DNA of 62,462 bases, filler included, from Circinaria calcarea (lineage: Eukaryota): the NCBI GenBank assembly GCA_051942165.1. It is 10 parts of 10 records of this genome, joined end to end, with 100 filler letters (N's around TTAATTAATTAA, not from the genome) between each part and the next. Parts side by side here need not be neighbours in the genome. Positions count along the whole stretch, not along the records: positions 6,275 to 12,443 come from JAVECS010001651.1; positions 12,544 to 18,706 come from JAVECS010001652.1; positions 18,807 to 24,967 come from JAVECS010001653.1; 7 more parts are not named here. The stretch is one strand, 5' to 3'. The translations under genes and the position numbers were made by a program. The notes beneath the pieces were generated by a model, which worked only from the letters and a program-made list of their open reading frames with translations, searched no databases and was not told the origin of the DNA. Below, in pieces: positions 11,856 through 24,606 of this stretch (position 1 is its first letter; each line of letters starts with the position of its first letter).

Positions 11856-12443
11856 TCATTGCTTGATATAGAAGTGCTCTCCAGTTTCCAAGACTTCAAT
11901 CTGATCGCCAACTTCAATGTGACTTTCCTCCGATGCGGGGACCATCTGCATCCCCATGCAAGCATCCTTTCCCGCTCCTTTGTCAATGCACCGGAAGCTC
12001 TTAAGCGTCCTGTCCGGCTCCGTCTGATGCTTGAGTCCAGTAATCTGATCCGTATTTGGCAATCTGCACCGTGCTGTCCGACAGGACACATAATATTCAT
12101 AGCTACCTATACGGATCCGCTTCCAATCATCCTCTGCGTACGCTCGTGGACCTGTGATGACAATGTTTGCGCGGAATTGAAGTGCACTTAACCTTGGGGT
12201 TCCTTCTGGGAGTCTGCAGGCAACGTCCTGTACACTAGCAAGATTTAGGATGTGAAGAGGATACGCATCAGTGAAGCCAGTGACGGGCTGATAACCAAGT
12301 TGCTCCTTTCGCGGTGCACATCGTAATACTGTACGATAGTGCTTGGGGTCGACTCTGAACAGGGCAAGCGTAGTATCCTTGCTCATTCCAAGGAAGTGAC
12401 CTAGCCCGGGTGCCATGCTCGATGACATATTTAACGATGTTGG
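11856..12443 (-). CDS. MOSC-domain molybdenum-cofactor protein (mARC/YcbX-like), 5' truncated
   Basis: GFTDAYPLHILNLASV, FRANIVITG...AEDDW, SCRTARCRLPNTD (conserved Cys), EPDRTL, IEVGDQIEVLE. Confidence 0.88.
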   Translation of the reverse strand, partial: PTSLNMSSSMAPGLGHFLGMSKDTTLALFRVDPKHYRTVLRCAPRKEQLGYQPVTGFTDAYPLHILNLASVQDVACRLPEGTPRLSALQFRANIVITGPRAYAEDDWKRIRIGSYEYYVSCRTARCRLPNTDQITGLKHQTEPDRTLKSFRCIDKGAGKDACMGMQMVPASEESHIEVGDQIEVLETGEHFYIKQ

Positions 12444-12543
12444 NNNNNNNNNNNNNNNNNNNNNNNNNNNNNNNNNNNNNNNNNNNNTTAATTAATTAAN
12501 NNNNNNNNNNNNNNNNNNNNNNNNNNNNNNNNNNNNNNNNNNN
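12444..12543. other. Artificial contig spacer
   Basis: N44-TTAATTAATTAA-N44. Confidence 0.99.
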
Positions 12544-12845
12544 ATGTCGTTTTTCTGGCCTGCTTTTGTGGGAAGGTTTTGGTATATCATACATGTCTGT
12601 GGTGGTATTCCGCATCGATGCTTGTAACTTACGTTGTATTGTGTAGGTTGACTGGTTGTGGTAGGGAGGCTGTAGATGAGGAGGGAGAGGAATGGGGAAT
12701 TCGTATTGAATTTTGCGGGTTTGGGATTTTACAAAGGAGGTCTTGACGCTTTTGGAAGATCGGATGAGCTCATCATCTATAGAAATTCGGGCATCAAACC
12801 ATAGGAGATAATATAGTAGATTCCATTGAATTTCAACATCTACAA

Positions 12846-14376
12846 CTACCCCCCATCCACCTTCCCCACAACCCCTTTCCCTCTATTGATCTGCACCCGC
12901 TTATCCTCCCCTCCGCTGACGATTCCTACATCCGCATCCCAGCAAAGCCCAAAGACCTTAATTCCCTCCCCTCCCACTCTTCTCGCTTCACCTTTGACAC
13001 TCTCCCGGGTAATGGTATACATGCTTTCTCCCACCGGCCCATCATTCTCACTGCGACTCGACCGGACGTCCCAGATCCTACATGTCCCGTCATGGCTTCC
13101 ACTGACGAGACCGTAGCTACTATCAGGGTCCCGAGCGAGCGTAACGACGGCATTGGTGTGTCCTCGGAGTGTCATTGCTGAGATGGTGGTAGCCGATGTT
13201 CGGGGATCGATTAGGGTAATGTGTCTGGCTGATGTTCCTACAGCGAGGAGACTGAGGTCCGGGAGGGCGGCGAGGGAGAGGAGAGCATGGGATGTGGTGC
13301 GAGTGTCTACCAGGGAGGCGGTAGGCAGGTCCCACGTGCGAAAGGTGTGATCCCAGGAAGCAGAGTAGGCGACTGTTGGATCATTGGGGGCGAATATTGT
13401 AGAGGAGACGGGGGCGGAGTGAGATTTCAGGAGCGCAAGAGGACCACGTTGAGGTGTTGAAGTCGAAGTCGTCAGCTTCCGCCTTTTGCTGTTTCGAGAG
13501 TTATTTTGTGGAAGTAACGATGCTGGTGCAACTGGAGCGTCTGACTTTTTTATAGACCAGATCCCTATAGAGTGGTCTGCCGAAGCAGAAAGGAGGCGAG
13601 ACGAAGGGTGATGTACGGCTATCGAGTCCACGCTCGCTTTGTGGCCATAAAGCTCGAGTTGAGGGCTTAGAGACGCCGTAAATCCTTCGGTATCCTCATT
13701 GTACTTCCAGATACGAATGGTCCTGTCAAGTCCTGAAGAAGTAATCTGTGTCGGCGAAATGAATTTGACTGCCTTTATGGAGGACGTATGACCACCGCTG
13801 GTGGCCGACGGTGATGTTGCGAGAACCTCGGAGGACATATTCCAAACCCGGAGAAGACCATCATAGCTGCCTGACAATATCCTTTCCTGACCTGACACTA
13901 TACTTGCGCTTCTGCCTGCCCATTGCCCGGCTGGGGATGCACTGGACAGGACATCCACCGCGCTCACCCAATCATCATGCTCGAATGATGATAGGTACAA
14001 TGGCGGGATTATAGCGCGCACATATTCGACTGCAAGAGTTGTCTCGGCAGATATACCGTTGGCGGTCAGGTATTCGTCAATGGAGGTGCGGAGGAAAGTG
14101 CCATTGATGAGGAATTCAAAGGGTATAGGTTTATCGTTCTCTAACAGAGCATTGACGAGGGTTGAAAGGGCATAGCGGCGTAAATCTCGACAACCGATCA
14201 GTATCTCCCTTGCTATACATTGGGTTAGACTTACTAGTGTTTACGAGAATAGGACCAGTAGGTTCGGGCAGGGAGATATCGGCCTGCCGTGTTGATAGCT
14301 GTACTCTGACCTGGGTTTGCGGGGCTATAACATCTGTATGACTCGCGTTACCGGTGTTCATATCTACAGCAGCCAT
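12846..14376 (-). CDS. YTM1: Ribosome biogenesis WD40 protein Ytm1 (WDR12)
   Basis: N-terminal NLE domain [11 protein letters not shown]...[21 protein letters not shown]...[19 protein letters not shown] repeats (SGSYDG, SASWDH, SGSHDG). Intron 14186-14234 (GTAAGT...GAG). Confidence 0.94.
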
Positions 14377-15668
14377 TTTCAAACTGTTTCAACGACAATA
14401 GTGCGCTCGAATGCGAATAGAGTACTATGTATTCTCATTTTCGGACCATGAATCTATAAATTTTACGGACAACAGGTGTCACATAGTGTGCAGAAACTAC
14501 GCCATCTTGTACAGGGTACGGCCGCCGAGTGGGACAATCACTGAAGCGCACTTGGTCTACTAAGTTTTTTGCGGTGGCAACTACGAAATAAGGGCTCAGT
14601 GGCGATGCAGCAACCCAAATGGAGTAGCTTAGGGACAGAGTTCCCTGAGTCGTTGATAGCGCTTTGAGCTGGCGCTAATACCCTATGTCGTCGTTGGAAT
14701 GATATCGTCCTTTCGTAGTTTGCAGCTGTTCCGAGCCGTTTCCGGACAGTACGCTTTGACCAAAGTTTTCGTACTGTCCGCTCTAATCAGCGCAGGGGTG
14801 GAGCGGGCACTAAGCTAGGTATTCAAAGCTTAAATATATACGCCCCGATCTTAGTTGGAGCCCGCGATATTAATGGGTATGCCCGGCGAGCTGTGGTATA
14901 CCCGGCGAGTGCACTATGAAAACCGGCTTCGCCAAGAGCAATTTCTGATAAATATAGCGAAGAATCACTGCTTGTTAAGAGGGTGAAATCTCGGCGATCA
15001 CTATTCGGATTGTCATTTCGAAACTATTAATAATTGGGGTTGCTACCTTGGCAGAATTCTCTGACACGCTTCTTTTGTCCTCCATTGAGATAATTGGACG
15101 TGAGAGTAATCTTAGGGGTAATCTTGCTGCCCTCTTCGAGCTCAAGTGGATTGCCTGCCATGGCGGCAAAGTCAAGGCAGTTGTTGGGAAGAAAAAGTGA
15201 TTGTGAGGAAATATACACAACGGACTTTAGCGTGGACTTTTACAAGGCACTTGGGGGGAAGTCGCCGGGGGGAAAGTCGTCTGGTTTTATCTAATTTACC
15301 CGGTAGTGAAAATTCATCGTCTGTATCTATTGGGCGTCTGGTTAGCTTTTATTTATGCCCGCGGCCGTAAAGAGAACACAAGGCAACACGATGCACGCCA
15401 AACGCTTCAAGTGTGCTTACGATAAGCCGCCCATTAGGTACCTGGAAATAGACAGCGAGGCTGAGGTGTAACCTATTACGAAAGGCATGCCCAGATTCAA
15501 TGATGTATAATTTTTAGCAGCCGGATTAAGAGACGGTGGAATAGCAAAAATGGCACTTATCCAGTGGGTATACTTGTCGCATCGATCATATAGTAGCAAA
15601 TGGTTGACCATTTCTGGAAAGACACTTGTGAATTAAATGTAGCATGGTCATTCAGCTCCGCTATACTC

Positions 15669-16803
15669 TCATAGTCTAGCCTTTTCCTTGACAAACTCGA
15701 CCTTGTTTGTGCACGTCCCTATTCCTTCAAGTCCTACTTCCACGACGTCTCCATGCTTGAGCCAGACTTGTGGAGTCCTTCCCATTCCAACTCCTTCTGG
15801 CCTGTCAAGAGACCTCATTAGCTTCTCAATCAAGAACCACACAAATAAAAGAAGACAAGGACATATACTCACGTTCCCGTGAAAATCAGGTCGCCTGGTA
15901 GCAAGGTAGTTCCCCGACTCAAGAATGCAATTGTATCCCTGACCCCAAAGATCATATCCTCTGTCTTACTCTCCTGCACCATCTCTCCGTTCAGCTTCGT
16001 ACTAATTCTCAATGCCTGTGGGTCTCTGATTAAATCCGTGCTTGCGATCCCGGGACCATACGGCGCCCAGCCGTCAAAGCCTTTGCCTAACGCCCATTGA
16101 CCCCCTCCGCGCTTGAGCTGCCACTCTCGATGTGATATGTCATTACCGACCGCATAGCCAAGCACATAGTCAAGGGCGGAGGACGCAGGTACATTTAGGG
16201 CGGGACGCCCGATTATCGCGACGAGCTCGCATTCGTAGTCTAGACCTGGGGCTTCTTGCGCGGGCAGGGGAACTGGAATGGGAGAAGTTGGGCCGGTGAG
16301 CGAGGTGATGGGTTTATAGAAGAGGATGGGGTATTTGGGAAGGGGCATGGCAGACTAGGATGGAGAGAAGGCAACGTTAGCGAGTATTGTTTGGGGGATT
16401 ATTAGGGTTAGGTACCTCCTTGGCGTGTTTTTCATAGTTGAGCCCGAGGCACCGCACTGTTTTCACATCTGAAGCGGCAAGAGGGGCAAGAAGGGTTTTA
16501 ACGTCCTAATTGAATGTGTAAGGATTACTTAGTGTAACAAAATCTAGGGCACCTCCGTCGGGAAATGACCTACAGCAACCTGATCCGTAACATTGTGCTT
16601 CCCAAAGATATCTCCATTGATTATACGGGCCTGCGTAGTCTTTGCGATATCGCTCACTCCTGAGGGGAGGATAGCATCACCGTAGTACGTCCTCCCGTCC
16701 TTCGCGAGGAAACGGACCAAGCGCTACGACTCGATGTCAGCGATGTCATCGGCCAAGTATGGTAGCCCAGAGAATCAAAGGACCTTACAGAGAAAGTAGG
16801 CAT
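15669..16803 (-). CDS. Fumarylacetoacetate hydrolase family (FAHD-like) protein, 5 exons
   Basis: Spliced product MPTFS|RLVRFLAKDGRTYYGDA...|...VRCLGLNYEKHAKE|SAMPLPKYPILFYKP...DYECEL...GNDISHREWQ...GKGFDGWAPYGP...GDLIFTGT|PEGVG; four GT-AG introns. Confidence 0.92.
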
Positions 16804-17321
16804 TGTCGAGGGCTTATCTCCCGCCGAGTCTTGATCGATTCAGCGCAAGTGCATCATTCAGTAACTCTCGAGCATGTCCCACCCTCCTTCCCACCGGGCT
16901 TATCTCCGGGGGAGGGGAAGAATGGTTTATCGGTCGGGATCAGACATCGGACTGAGAGACACGCTAAGACACTTTGAGGTAAATGGACAAAAGTCCTTGT
17001 GTTCAGTTATGTATGTATCATTGTGGAACACAGTTGATTCCTTGTCCCCGTCCATTCGTTTTCTGCCGTCAGACAGCGTGTCCACCCGGATAACGCTTTG
17101 CTTGTTGTACAACGGGATCGATAGGTCCGATCCTGTCATCCTGCTCTAGGGGAGTCGGCGCTTCCCGCGTGATGCGTCTAGAGGACAACCCATGAGCACA
17201 CACCTTAGGACCATAAAGAGGATATAAGAGCATCACTTTCTCAAAAAATCGCATAAGGCCCGACGGCGAGGATCATAAACCATAGAGGTCAAGTCCACAG
17301 ACCCACCGTACTCTAAAAGCT

Positions 17322-18706
17322 ATGGCCGATCGCCGCACTTCTCAGCCCTCGAAGCCGCGCCCAGTTCCGGGCTCTCACTCCACCAATATTTCGGAGGGTA
17401 GATCGTCAGCACCAGAATCTACATCGCGGACTACATCAACAGCCCGTCTAGCTTCTCCGGTTCCATCAGGTGGTGGTATTGGCACGGGCACCCCAACTGT
17501 CCGTCAAGCTCCTACCCCTAGTCAACTCAACTCAGGCACACACACTCCACTTGCTGGTGCTGAAGCAAGCGACTCACTTCCAGGACCTGGCAGGTCAGCC
17601 CTGGCAATAGCTCTTCAAGGTACCCTCGGCGGGAGTCCGCCACGGTTCGGAACACCTCCGATGCGGTCCTACGCGCCTGAATCTTCAAGCGCGACACCAC
17701 AAGCCTCCGAGCAGCCAACTACGTATGGTTCCTTCAGTGCACAATCCAATCATGGTGCCCAAGGCCCGAACGAGGATGCAGAGGTTGTGAAGCGACATTT
17801 GGTGCAACCTTCATACTTTGCCGGGCAAGGTGAGCAGCATAGATCCGGACGCAATTCTCTTCCAGGGGTACAAGGTTCTTCAAAAGCCGCTTTCGGGCAT
17901 GATCGGAAAACGAGTGAAACAAGGGGAATACATGACGGGGAATTCTCCAGTCTACAATTACAAGGAGGTGATATCACACGGGAGCTTTATCGATGGTCAG
18001 AAGACGCAGAAGCTGAGTCTGCCATCGGAGGGCGCAGCAAGAGAAGTAAAAGCTTCAACGTTTTTCGACCACAGCCCGACAGTGAGATCTTGGATATAAA
18101 TTCGATACTGGTGCCAGGTGGTTTCCGAAGAGATCATCTGCGGCGAAGAGCTGGCAGTCCGTTGCCTATAGGTAGAGGCAATGCCGGTGACACAGAGGGT
18201 GAAGGGCGGTTAAGTCAAGGAAACGTTAAGCCGAGGCTATTCACCAATAATTTTATTGAGTTTCTCACACTCTATGGGCACTTTGCGGGAGAACAGCTTG
18301 AAGAGGACGACGAGGATCTCGAGCCTGACGAGTATTTCGCCTCCGACGATATAGCAGACTTTTACCAAGATAGTGGCGATGATAGCGAACGTGAGCCGGG
18401 CGAAGGAAGTGCGCTATTAACACCTAGAACGCCAGGTGGTAGAAGGAGAAAGCCAAAGGAGCGTACAAATACCGGCCAGAACGGCCCCACTGGTGCCACC
18501 TTACTCTTGCTCAAGTCTTTCGTTGGTACCGGTGTCTTATTTCTACCCAAAGCGTATTTGAATGGAGGAATGCTTTTCAGTAATCTCGTGCTTCTTTTTG
18601 TTGCACTATTGAGCTATTATTGCTACTATCTCCTCGTCAAAACCCGACTGCAAATCAACGGCTCTTTCGGCGATATCGGGGGCGTCGTTTATGGAAGATT
18701 CGTGCG
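17322..18706 (+). CDS. Vacuolar amino-acid transporter Avt3/Avt4-like (3' truncated)
   Basis: EVVKRHLV, SSLQLQGGDITR, VPGGFRRDHL, FTNNFIEFLTLYGHFAGE, LLLLKSFVGTGVLFLPKAYLNGG. Confidence 0.92.
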
Positions 18707-18806
18707 NNNNNNNNNNNNNNNNNNNNNNNNNNNNNNNNNNNNNNNNNNNNTTAATTAATTAANNNNNNNNNNNNNNNNNNNNNNNNNNNNNNNNNNNNNN
18801 NNNNNN
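18707..18806. other. Artificial contig spacer
   Basis: N44-TTAATTAATTAA-N44. Confidence 0.99.
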
Positions 18807-19024
18807 CCTGTGTATATTTGGCGTTTTTAGAAAAAAAAGAAAAAAAGGGGGGGGGAGGGTCCGGTCTCTATGCTTTGCGAGACAAAGTTCATTTTGAAAC
18901 CCATGCATGCCTTCTGAAAGCTAACCGCTTCGGGCTCCATCACATGAATTCATCGCCGGATCGTGAAACCAGACCAACTCTGCTGTATTTAGGCCTGGTA
19001 ATAAGGAATATCTAACTAAAGCAT

Positions 19025-20342
19025 TTAAACCCGATTACCTTCCTCTCGCGCAGTCGCCGCATCATGCGCATCCACCGTGTACTCGTCCCTGACGCGAATT
19101 ATATCCAGCGGTATAGCTTTGGTGCCAAGCGTCGGCGACAAGGAGCCACTGCTTCCTTCCCCCACAATCTGTGTGACGTTTGTCTCCGTAGGTAAATATG
19201 CTGGTTTGGGGTAACTCTTATTTAGCAGCTTGCCGCCCGGTTTGGCTTTGTCGGAGAAGCCGGGGGACTTGTCGCGTGTGAAGAGGGAGCGGTAGGAAAC
19301 GAGACATGCTATTATGATAGCTGGGTGCGGGTTAGACTGTGGGTATCGAGTCGAGGGTTCATGGAGGCTTACCGATGCTGATCTCAATGGTGGTGCCGAG
19401 GTAATACCATGTGTTGTCTTCCCTAGGACCCCGGATTGAGATTTCGACCCTGATGATGGAGAAGATCATGGTGATGAGGGTGAGAGAGAACATGGCTATT
19501 AGAGCGAGCTTTTGCCGGCCGTTGATACGGACTTTCCATAACAACCTGATAGGGATAATTAGGACTGCAGCTTCACGTTAGATTACATGGTTTACACGAG
19601 CAATAACTGGACAGCTTACTAAGAAAGTCGGTTGAAAAGTCACATCCGATCTGAGTGCGGAAGGCAGCACGAACCGCGCGAGTAGCTGCTGGTGTACCGC
19701 ATACCGCTAAGGAGGGTTAGATCAAAGTCGATTGAGAAAGTGTCTATACTTACTCGCAGCAGCGTCGAAAGTAGTAAAGGTGCAAGGATAATATATAACG
19801 CCAATGGAAATAGCCCATCCCGCTATCGTTGCGATTAAAACACACCACCACAAGATCTTCTGGCCCCGGACATGATGTCCCAGCTTTCGGAAAAATGTCA
19901 AGAAAGAGAATTTAACGCAATATAGGGCGCAGAGGTTCAGAAAGGTCTCGGCGAATGCAACATGCAGCGATGATACGAAATGATCGATATACTCGGCGGA
20001 AGGTGTTATCCCCCCGTAAGCCACACGATAGCTAATATAGATAAACTCCAAGTTATTTCCCGCTGTCCAGAGGATGACGGTGGTGAGAAGGATCACCCAT
20101 GCGAGAATGACAAGAGCGTCATCATCAAAGAGTTTGTGGAAAACATGAAGACGGACATAAATCCTGAAGGCTACGAAACACAGGGAGAGAGCAACACAAG
20201 CCCATGCAGTACCCTTGGTGGACGAGTGTCAGCGACGAGTACGGCCCCATGTCCAATGAAGAGGAGGACATACCAAGAAAGCTGGCTGGGAAACCAAGAG
20301 AAGCGAGGCTGGATCAATATCCACCGGGGTAAAGCTTGACAT
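19025..20342 (-). CDS. PTH11-like fungal rhodopsin-domain integral membrane protein (no CFEM), 5 exons
   Basis: Spliced product MSSFTPVDIDP...|GTAWACVALSLCFVAFRIYVRL...FDDDALVILAW...CVKFSFLTFFRKL...|...CDFSTDFL|ILIIPIRLLWKVRINGRQKLAL...EISI|AIIIACL; multiple TM segments. Confidence 0.85.
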
Positions 20343-21848
20343 GATTGAAAAGTCGATAGGCTTTATAGGTAGCGCTACCGATTGATTGTAGCTTTAAGCT
20401 GGATGAGGATATTTTGAGGTGCGGGTCGATAAGCATCAAAGTATGATATATCGGAGGATGATAGCAACATGACCAGCTCGCGACGACATCGAAGCGGCTC
20501 GTGTGAGAGTGGTGGAGCAACCTCAAAAATATAACAAGACTGGCTCGCATGGCTACACCGCAAGCTCTCAGTGAAGGAAGCAAAGTGGGAGGGTAGCATC
20601 ACACAGCACATGCAGGAGGCCAGCGTCGCCGAGCCAAACGAAGTGTGATTGGCAAAAAGTAAGCTGCATTTCGGGGGGGGACAGCTTTCTGTGGATGTTG
20701 CACCGGCTAATGCGGGGCAGGGCTGAGGTGATTTTCCGGAGGATCAAGGTGGAATTCAAAAGTTAGCTGCAGTTGACACATTCATAGCTAAACGGTATTG
20801 TCATGAAAGAATTCGTGGCTCAAAGTTCATTGATTTGACTATGTTCATGTAAGTAGGTAGGAGCAAGAGAGTTCGCTAAAATACTGCTGGGCTTACGTAA
20901 GCCCCAACAACGGGCCTTTTCTAGTGCTAATTTAGTCTAGTTGTCTGGTAGTTAGATACTTAATATATTATATACTGTGGTCGAATGGGTATTAGCTATT
21001 GACGTCACGCTAAATGCTTGTGGTTAATTGACTTACTGGCAAACAGCGAGGCTCTAGCTGCATTGGGAGCTGATCTACTAGTGCCGAGCTAACAGCTGAC
21101 ACTCGTCCGAACCATAGTATCTACTTTGGGAAAGAGCACGCACTGAGCCGCACATTTCGGAGTCTAAAGCTTTATGGTTATCTGTACTTCCTAGTCTAAT
21201 GCAATGTTGCGCCTTAGCAGCTTGGGGGGTTCCATCGGGTATTTAATGTTCACCCCGCTATTCGACGACCTTCCCCCCAATATCCACGGGGATGTTGCGG
21301 GCGCGTGATTATCTCAGCTTATTGATTAATGTGCTGAAGCCGCTAGGTTGAGTCACTATGCAGGTGGGTGGCACTCCATAGGTTTTCCTTCTGAACAGCC
21401 TTCTATGCACTTTTGTCATCCACCAGACTTCAGCTTGAGGCAACACAGGATTGCCCCGCCCGCTGCTGGAAAAAACTGGTGCCTCTTACCTCTTAGCCTT
21501 ACCGGGGGCTGGCCACCCGCCTTCGCATGTTCTTTCCCTTTGAAGTTTAGCTACGGCAACAATGCCCTCTGATACGGTGGGAGTGTCTTGCTGATGTGAG
21601 ATAATGGTCTCGTTTTCAGACGTTCTGCCTTCCCCTGTTTACCCGTAGCTCCTTGGTTGCTATTGTATTCGTGGAGGCCTTGATTCTCTAGTGCGGAATT
21701 AGCCGCGGCGCCCCAAAGTCGCTGCTGTTCCCTTCAACAGATTCGGTTTCAATCTTGCCAGCTCTGATTCTTTCTTTCATTTAATTCCACCGCTTCCATC
21801 AATTCGTTGCAGAGCCTATATTCTGCTACCATAATATCACGTTTCAAG

Positions 21849-23733
21849 ATGCCCTCATATTCAATCCTGCCGTTTCCAGGCGCCAGTAACCATGAGACGA
21901 TGCCTCTTTATTTCACTAAGTTAAAGATGCTACTAGGCTTGTGTTTACTAGCTGCCATAATAATCTCCTATATCTTCACATATTTGCGTCTAAAAGACGT
22001 TGAGGGTCCGCGATGGGCTGCACTTTCTAGACTTTGGTTGGTGAGAATTCTCGCGTCTGGAGATAGTCCGACCGTGTTCGAGAAAGTTAATAAACAATAT
22101 GGTGAGTTGCGAATTTGTGTGACACAGGAGGCCCCTTAGTGTACCGCTTAATGAGAGAGGCATGGTATTGATCTGACTAATCTTAGGGCCACTCGCTCGG
22201 ATTGGACCGAATCATCTTGTTACGAATGATCCGGGCGTCATGCGAAAAATACTGGATTCTCGGTCCCGATATACCCGAAGCATCGGCTTCGACTCTTTCA
22301 GGGTTGATCCTCACGTTGGGAATGTCATATCCGAAAGGGACCCGACAAAACATAATCAGCGTCGTCGCCAGTTGGCCGCAGGGGTAATGTGTTGTTTCAT
22401 TGATACTATTTTCGTGCTGACTCCTTTCGAAGTATGGTGGAAGAGATGTTGATTATGTTGAGTCGAGTGTGGATAATCGTGTTAATGAAGTCATGAGAAC
22501 AATTGATGAGCGTTGGATATCGACTCCCGATAATACCAAACGACTCGACATATCTATGATGATACAGTATTTGTCTATGGACGTCATCACACATCTTCTC
22601 TTCGGCAAGCCTTTTGGATACGTCCACACCTATACTGATGTTCATGGTTTTATACAGATTATAAAGGAGAGATTACCGATAGTTGAGCAGTTCTTTGTTT
22701 TGACAGAGTTATGCGATCTACTATTATTTGTGTCATATGTTCCGGGGCTGAGGAGCATCCTACCTTCACCACGAGATAATTGGGGCATCGGTAAAGTTAT
22801 GGGGGTAAGTTTCCACATCGCGTGGCCCGGGGCATCTTGCTAATATTAATCTACAGATAGCCCGTCAAGCTGTAGGAGAACGCTTCATGCCAAACTACCC
22901 CCCTCGAAAAGACATACTTGGATCGTTCTTACGGCATGGACTTTCCAAAGAACAAGCAGAGTCTGAGATTACAGTCTCTTTGTGAGAAGCTTCTGTACTA
23001 GACACATTGATGGTTTCTCTCACTAACCGATCGGTAGATTCGCCGGATCCGATACTACAGCTACTTCTACACGCATAACACTGGTTAACATTATCACGAA
23101 TCCTGGAGTCTATGCAAAACTTCAGAAGGAAATCGATGATGCAGTAGCTGCGGGCGCGATTTCTCGGCCAATTCAAGTAGCCGAAGCTGCGAAACTTCCT
23201 TACTTGCAGGCCTGCATTAAGGAAGGTCTACGCATCTTACCTCCTATCGGATCTCTACGAGAACGAGTCACGCCTCCTGAAGGTGACATCATAAATGGTC
23301 ACTCGATCCCAGGCGGCGTCAATGTGGGCTTCAACATCCTGGGCATGCAAAGGAGTGAAGTTTTTGGTGCAGATCCAGATGTTTTCCGACCAGAACGGTG
23401 GCTACACCGAGACACTGATCGGTTGCAGAAGATGCAGATGGTGCTTGACTTGATCTTCGGCCACGGAGAGACGAAGTGCTTAGGGGTGAAGATTGCATAC
23501 TTGACTTTGAATAAGTTTTTTGTGGAAGTAAGTCAGCAACTTGCAGATAGAAGTGCTTCAGCGTCTGATACTAACCACTGCAGCTCTTACGTCAATTCGA
23601 CGTTGGGGTTTTGAACGCATATCATCCGTTCGAATCATGGTGTCATCAGATCTACTTTGTTAAGGAGCTTCACGTGCGGATTACGCGGCGGGATCAGGGA
23701 CAGGCGACGTGCAAGGAGAAAGACTTGCTCTGA
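21849..23733 (+). CDS. Cytochrome P450 monooxygenase (pisatin-demethylase-like clan), 6 exons
   Basis: YG|PLARIGPNHLVTNDP, I-helix FAGSDTTA, KEGLR (ExxR), FRPERW, heme motif FGHGETKCLG. Introns about 22102-22186, 22384-22432, 22805-22856, 22982-23037, 23528-23583; TGA at 23731. Confidence 0.93.
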
Positions 23734-24081
23734 TGCGTTGCACCAGAGTATAATCAATCAATCGTCTTCAGAAAAATTACCGGAAGCAGATCGTCTCAGT
23801 CGGAAAATATTATAAGGGGCGCCTCAGTCATGACCAATGATATGGCGTACCTGAAGATAAGGAGGGCACCACCTGCCACTATCTTCAGACTCCTAATTCT
23901 ATTTCAATTGCGTTCGAGTAAAAAGTTAGAGGGTGACCGCAGGTTACAGAGCATCGAAACTATAGTTCCGACACCCGCCTTGATGCTAGGTGATATGATC
24001 AGTATAAATCTCTAGTACTAGTTAGCGCGATTCATACGTAAATATCTACTACATCCGAGAGATTTGACTTCCGCCTATTTA

Positions 24082-24378
24082 GGAGGTTTCGCTGGATTTT
24101 TGTAAGAAATTTGTTATGTATGGAAGGTCGGCAACGATATCCTAGCCTAATATCGTAAGGCTCGATTGGCAGGCATACCCTGCTCAAGCGGAATCCGCCC
24201 CTTCTTATTGGCCAGAATAGGTCCACTAATATAAGATAGCTCCGATGTTATTTAACATCGGAGCTATGTTATGCTAGACAAGGGCTCTTTCGAGAGCAGG
24301 GTATAGATTGGCTGGAATACAGTTATTCCGAGCTTACATTACATTAGTTTAACATAACAAAAATCCAGCGAAACCTCC
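24082..24378. mobile_element. MITE (Tc1/mariner-like non-autonomous element, TA target duplication)
   Basis: TA|GGAGGTTTCGCTGGATTTTTGT ... ACAAAAATCCAGCGAAACCTCC|TA: perfect 22-bp TIRs, 297 bp, no recognisable coding content. Internal 15-bp perfect hairpin at 24236-24267. Confidence 0.8.
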
Positions 24379-24606
24379 TAATTGTCCCTATCTTTGTACT
24401 ATTACGAACTCTTGCCAGAAATGTCAGCTGATCGTAGATTGTATCCACATGTATTTTGATCTATAAATCGGTGAGCCTGTGTTCATGCAAGGTTACATCA
24501 GAGCTACTAGTTTCCGAGGGAGATTCTGTCCCAAATAAATACCAGGTATATCCCCTTCTTCATCTTCTTCCTTTCTACCTTGAAGCTTTTTTCCAGTACC
24601 GTCAAT

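Noticed and set aside
2219..12443. Apparent purine-catabolism gene cluster (allantoinase + permease + MOSC)
   Set aside because: Allantoinase is on a different contig, joined only by an artificial spacer in size order.
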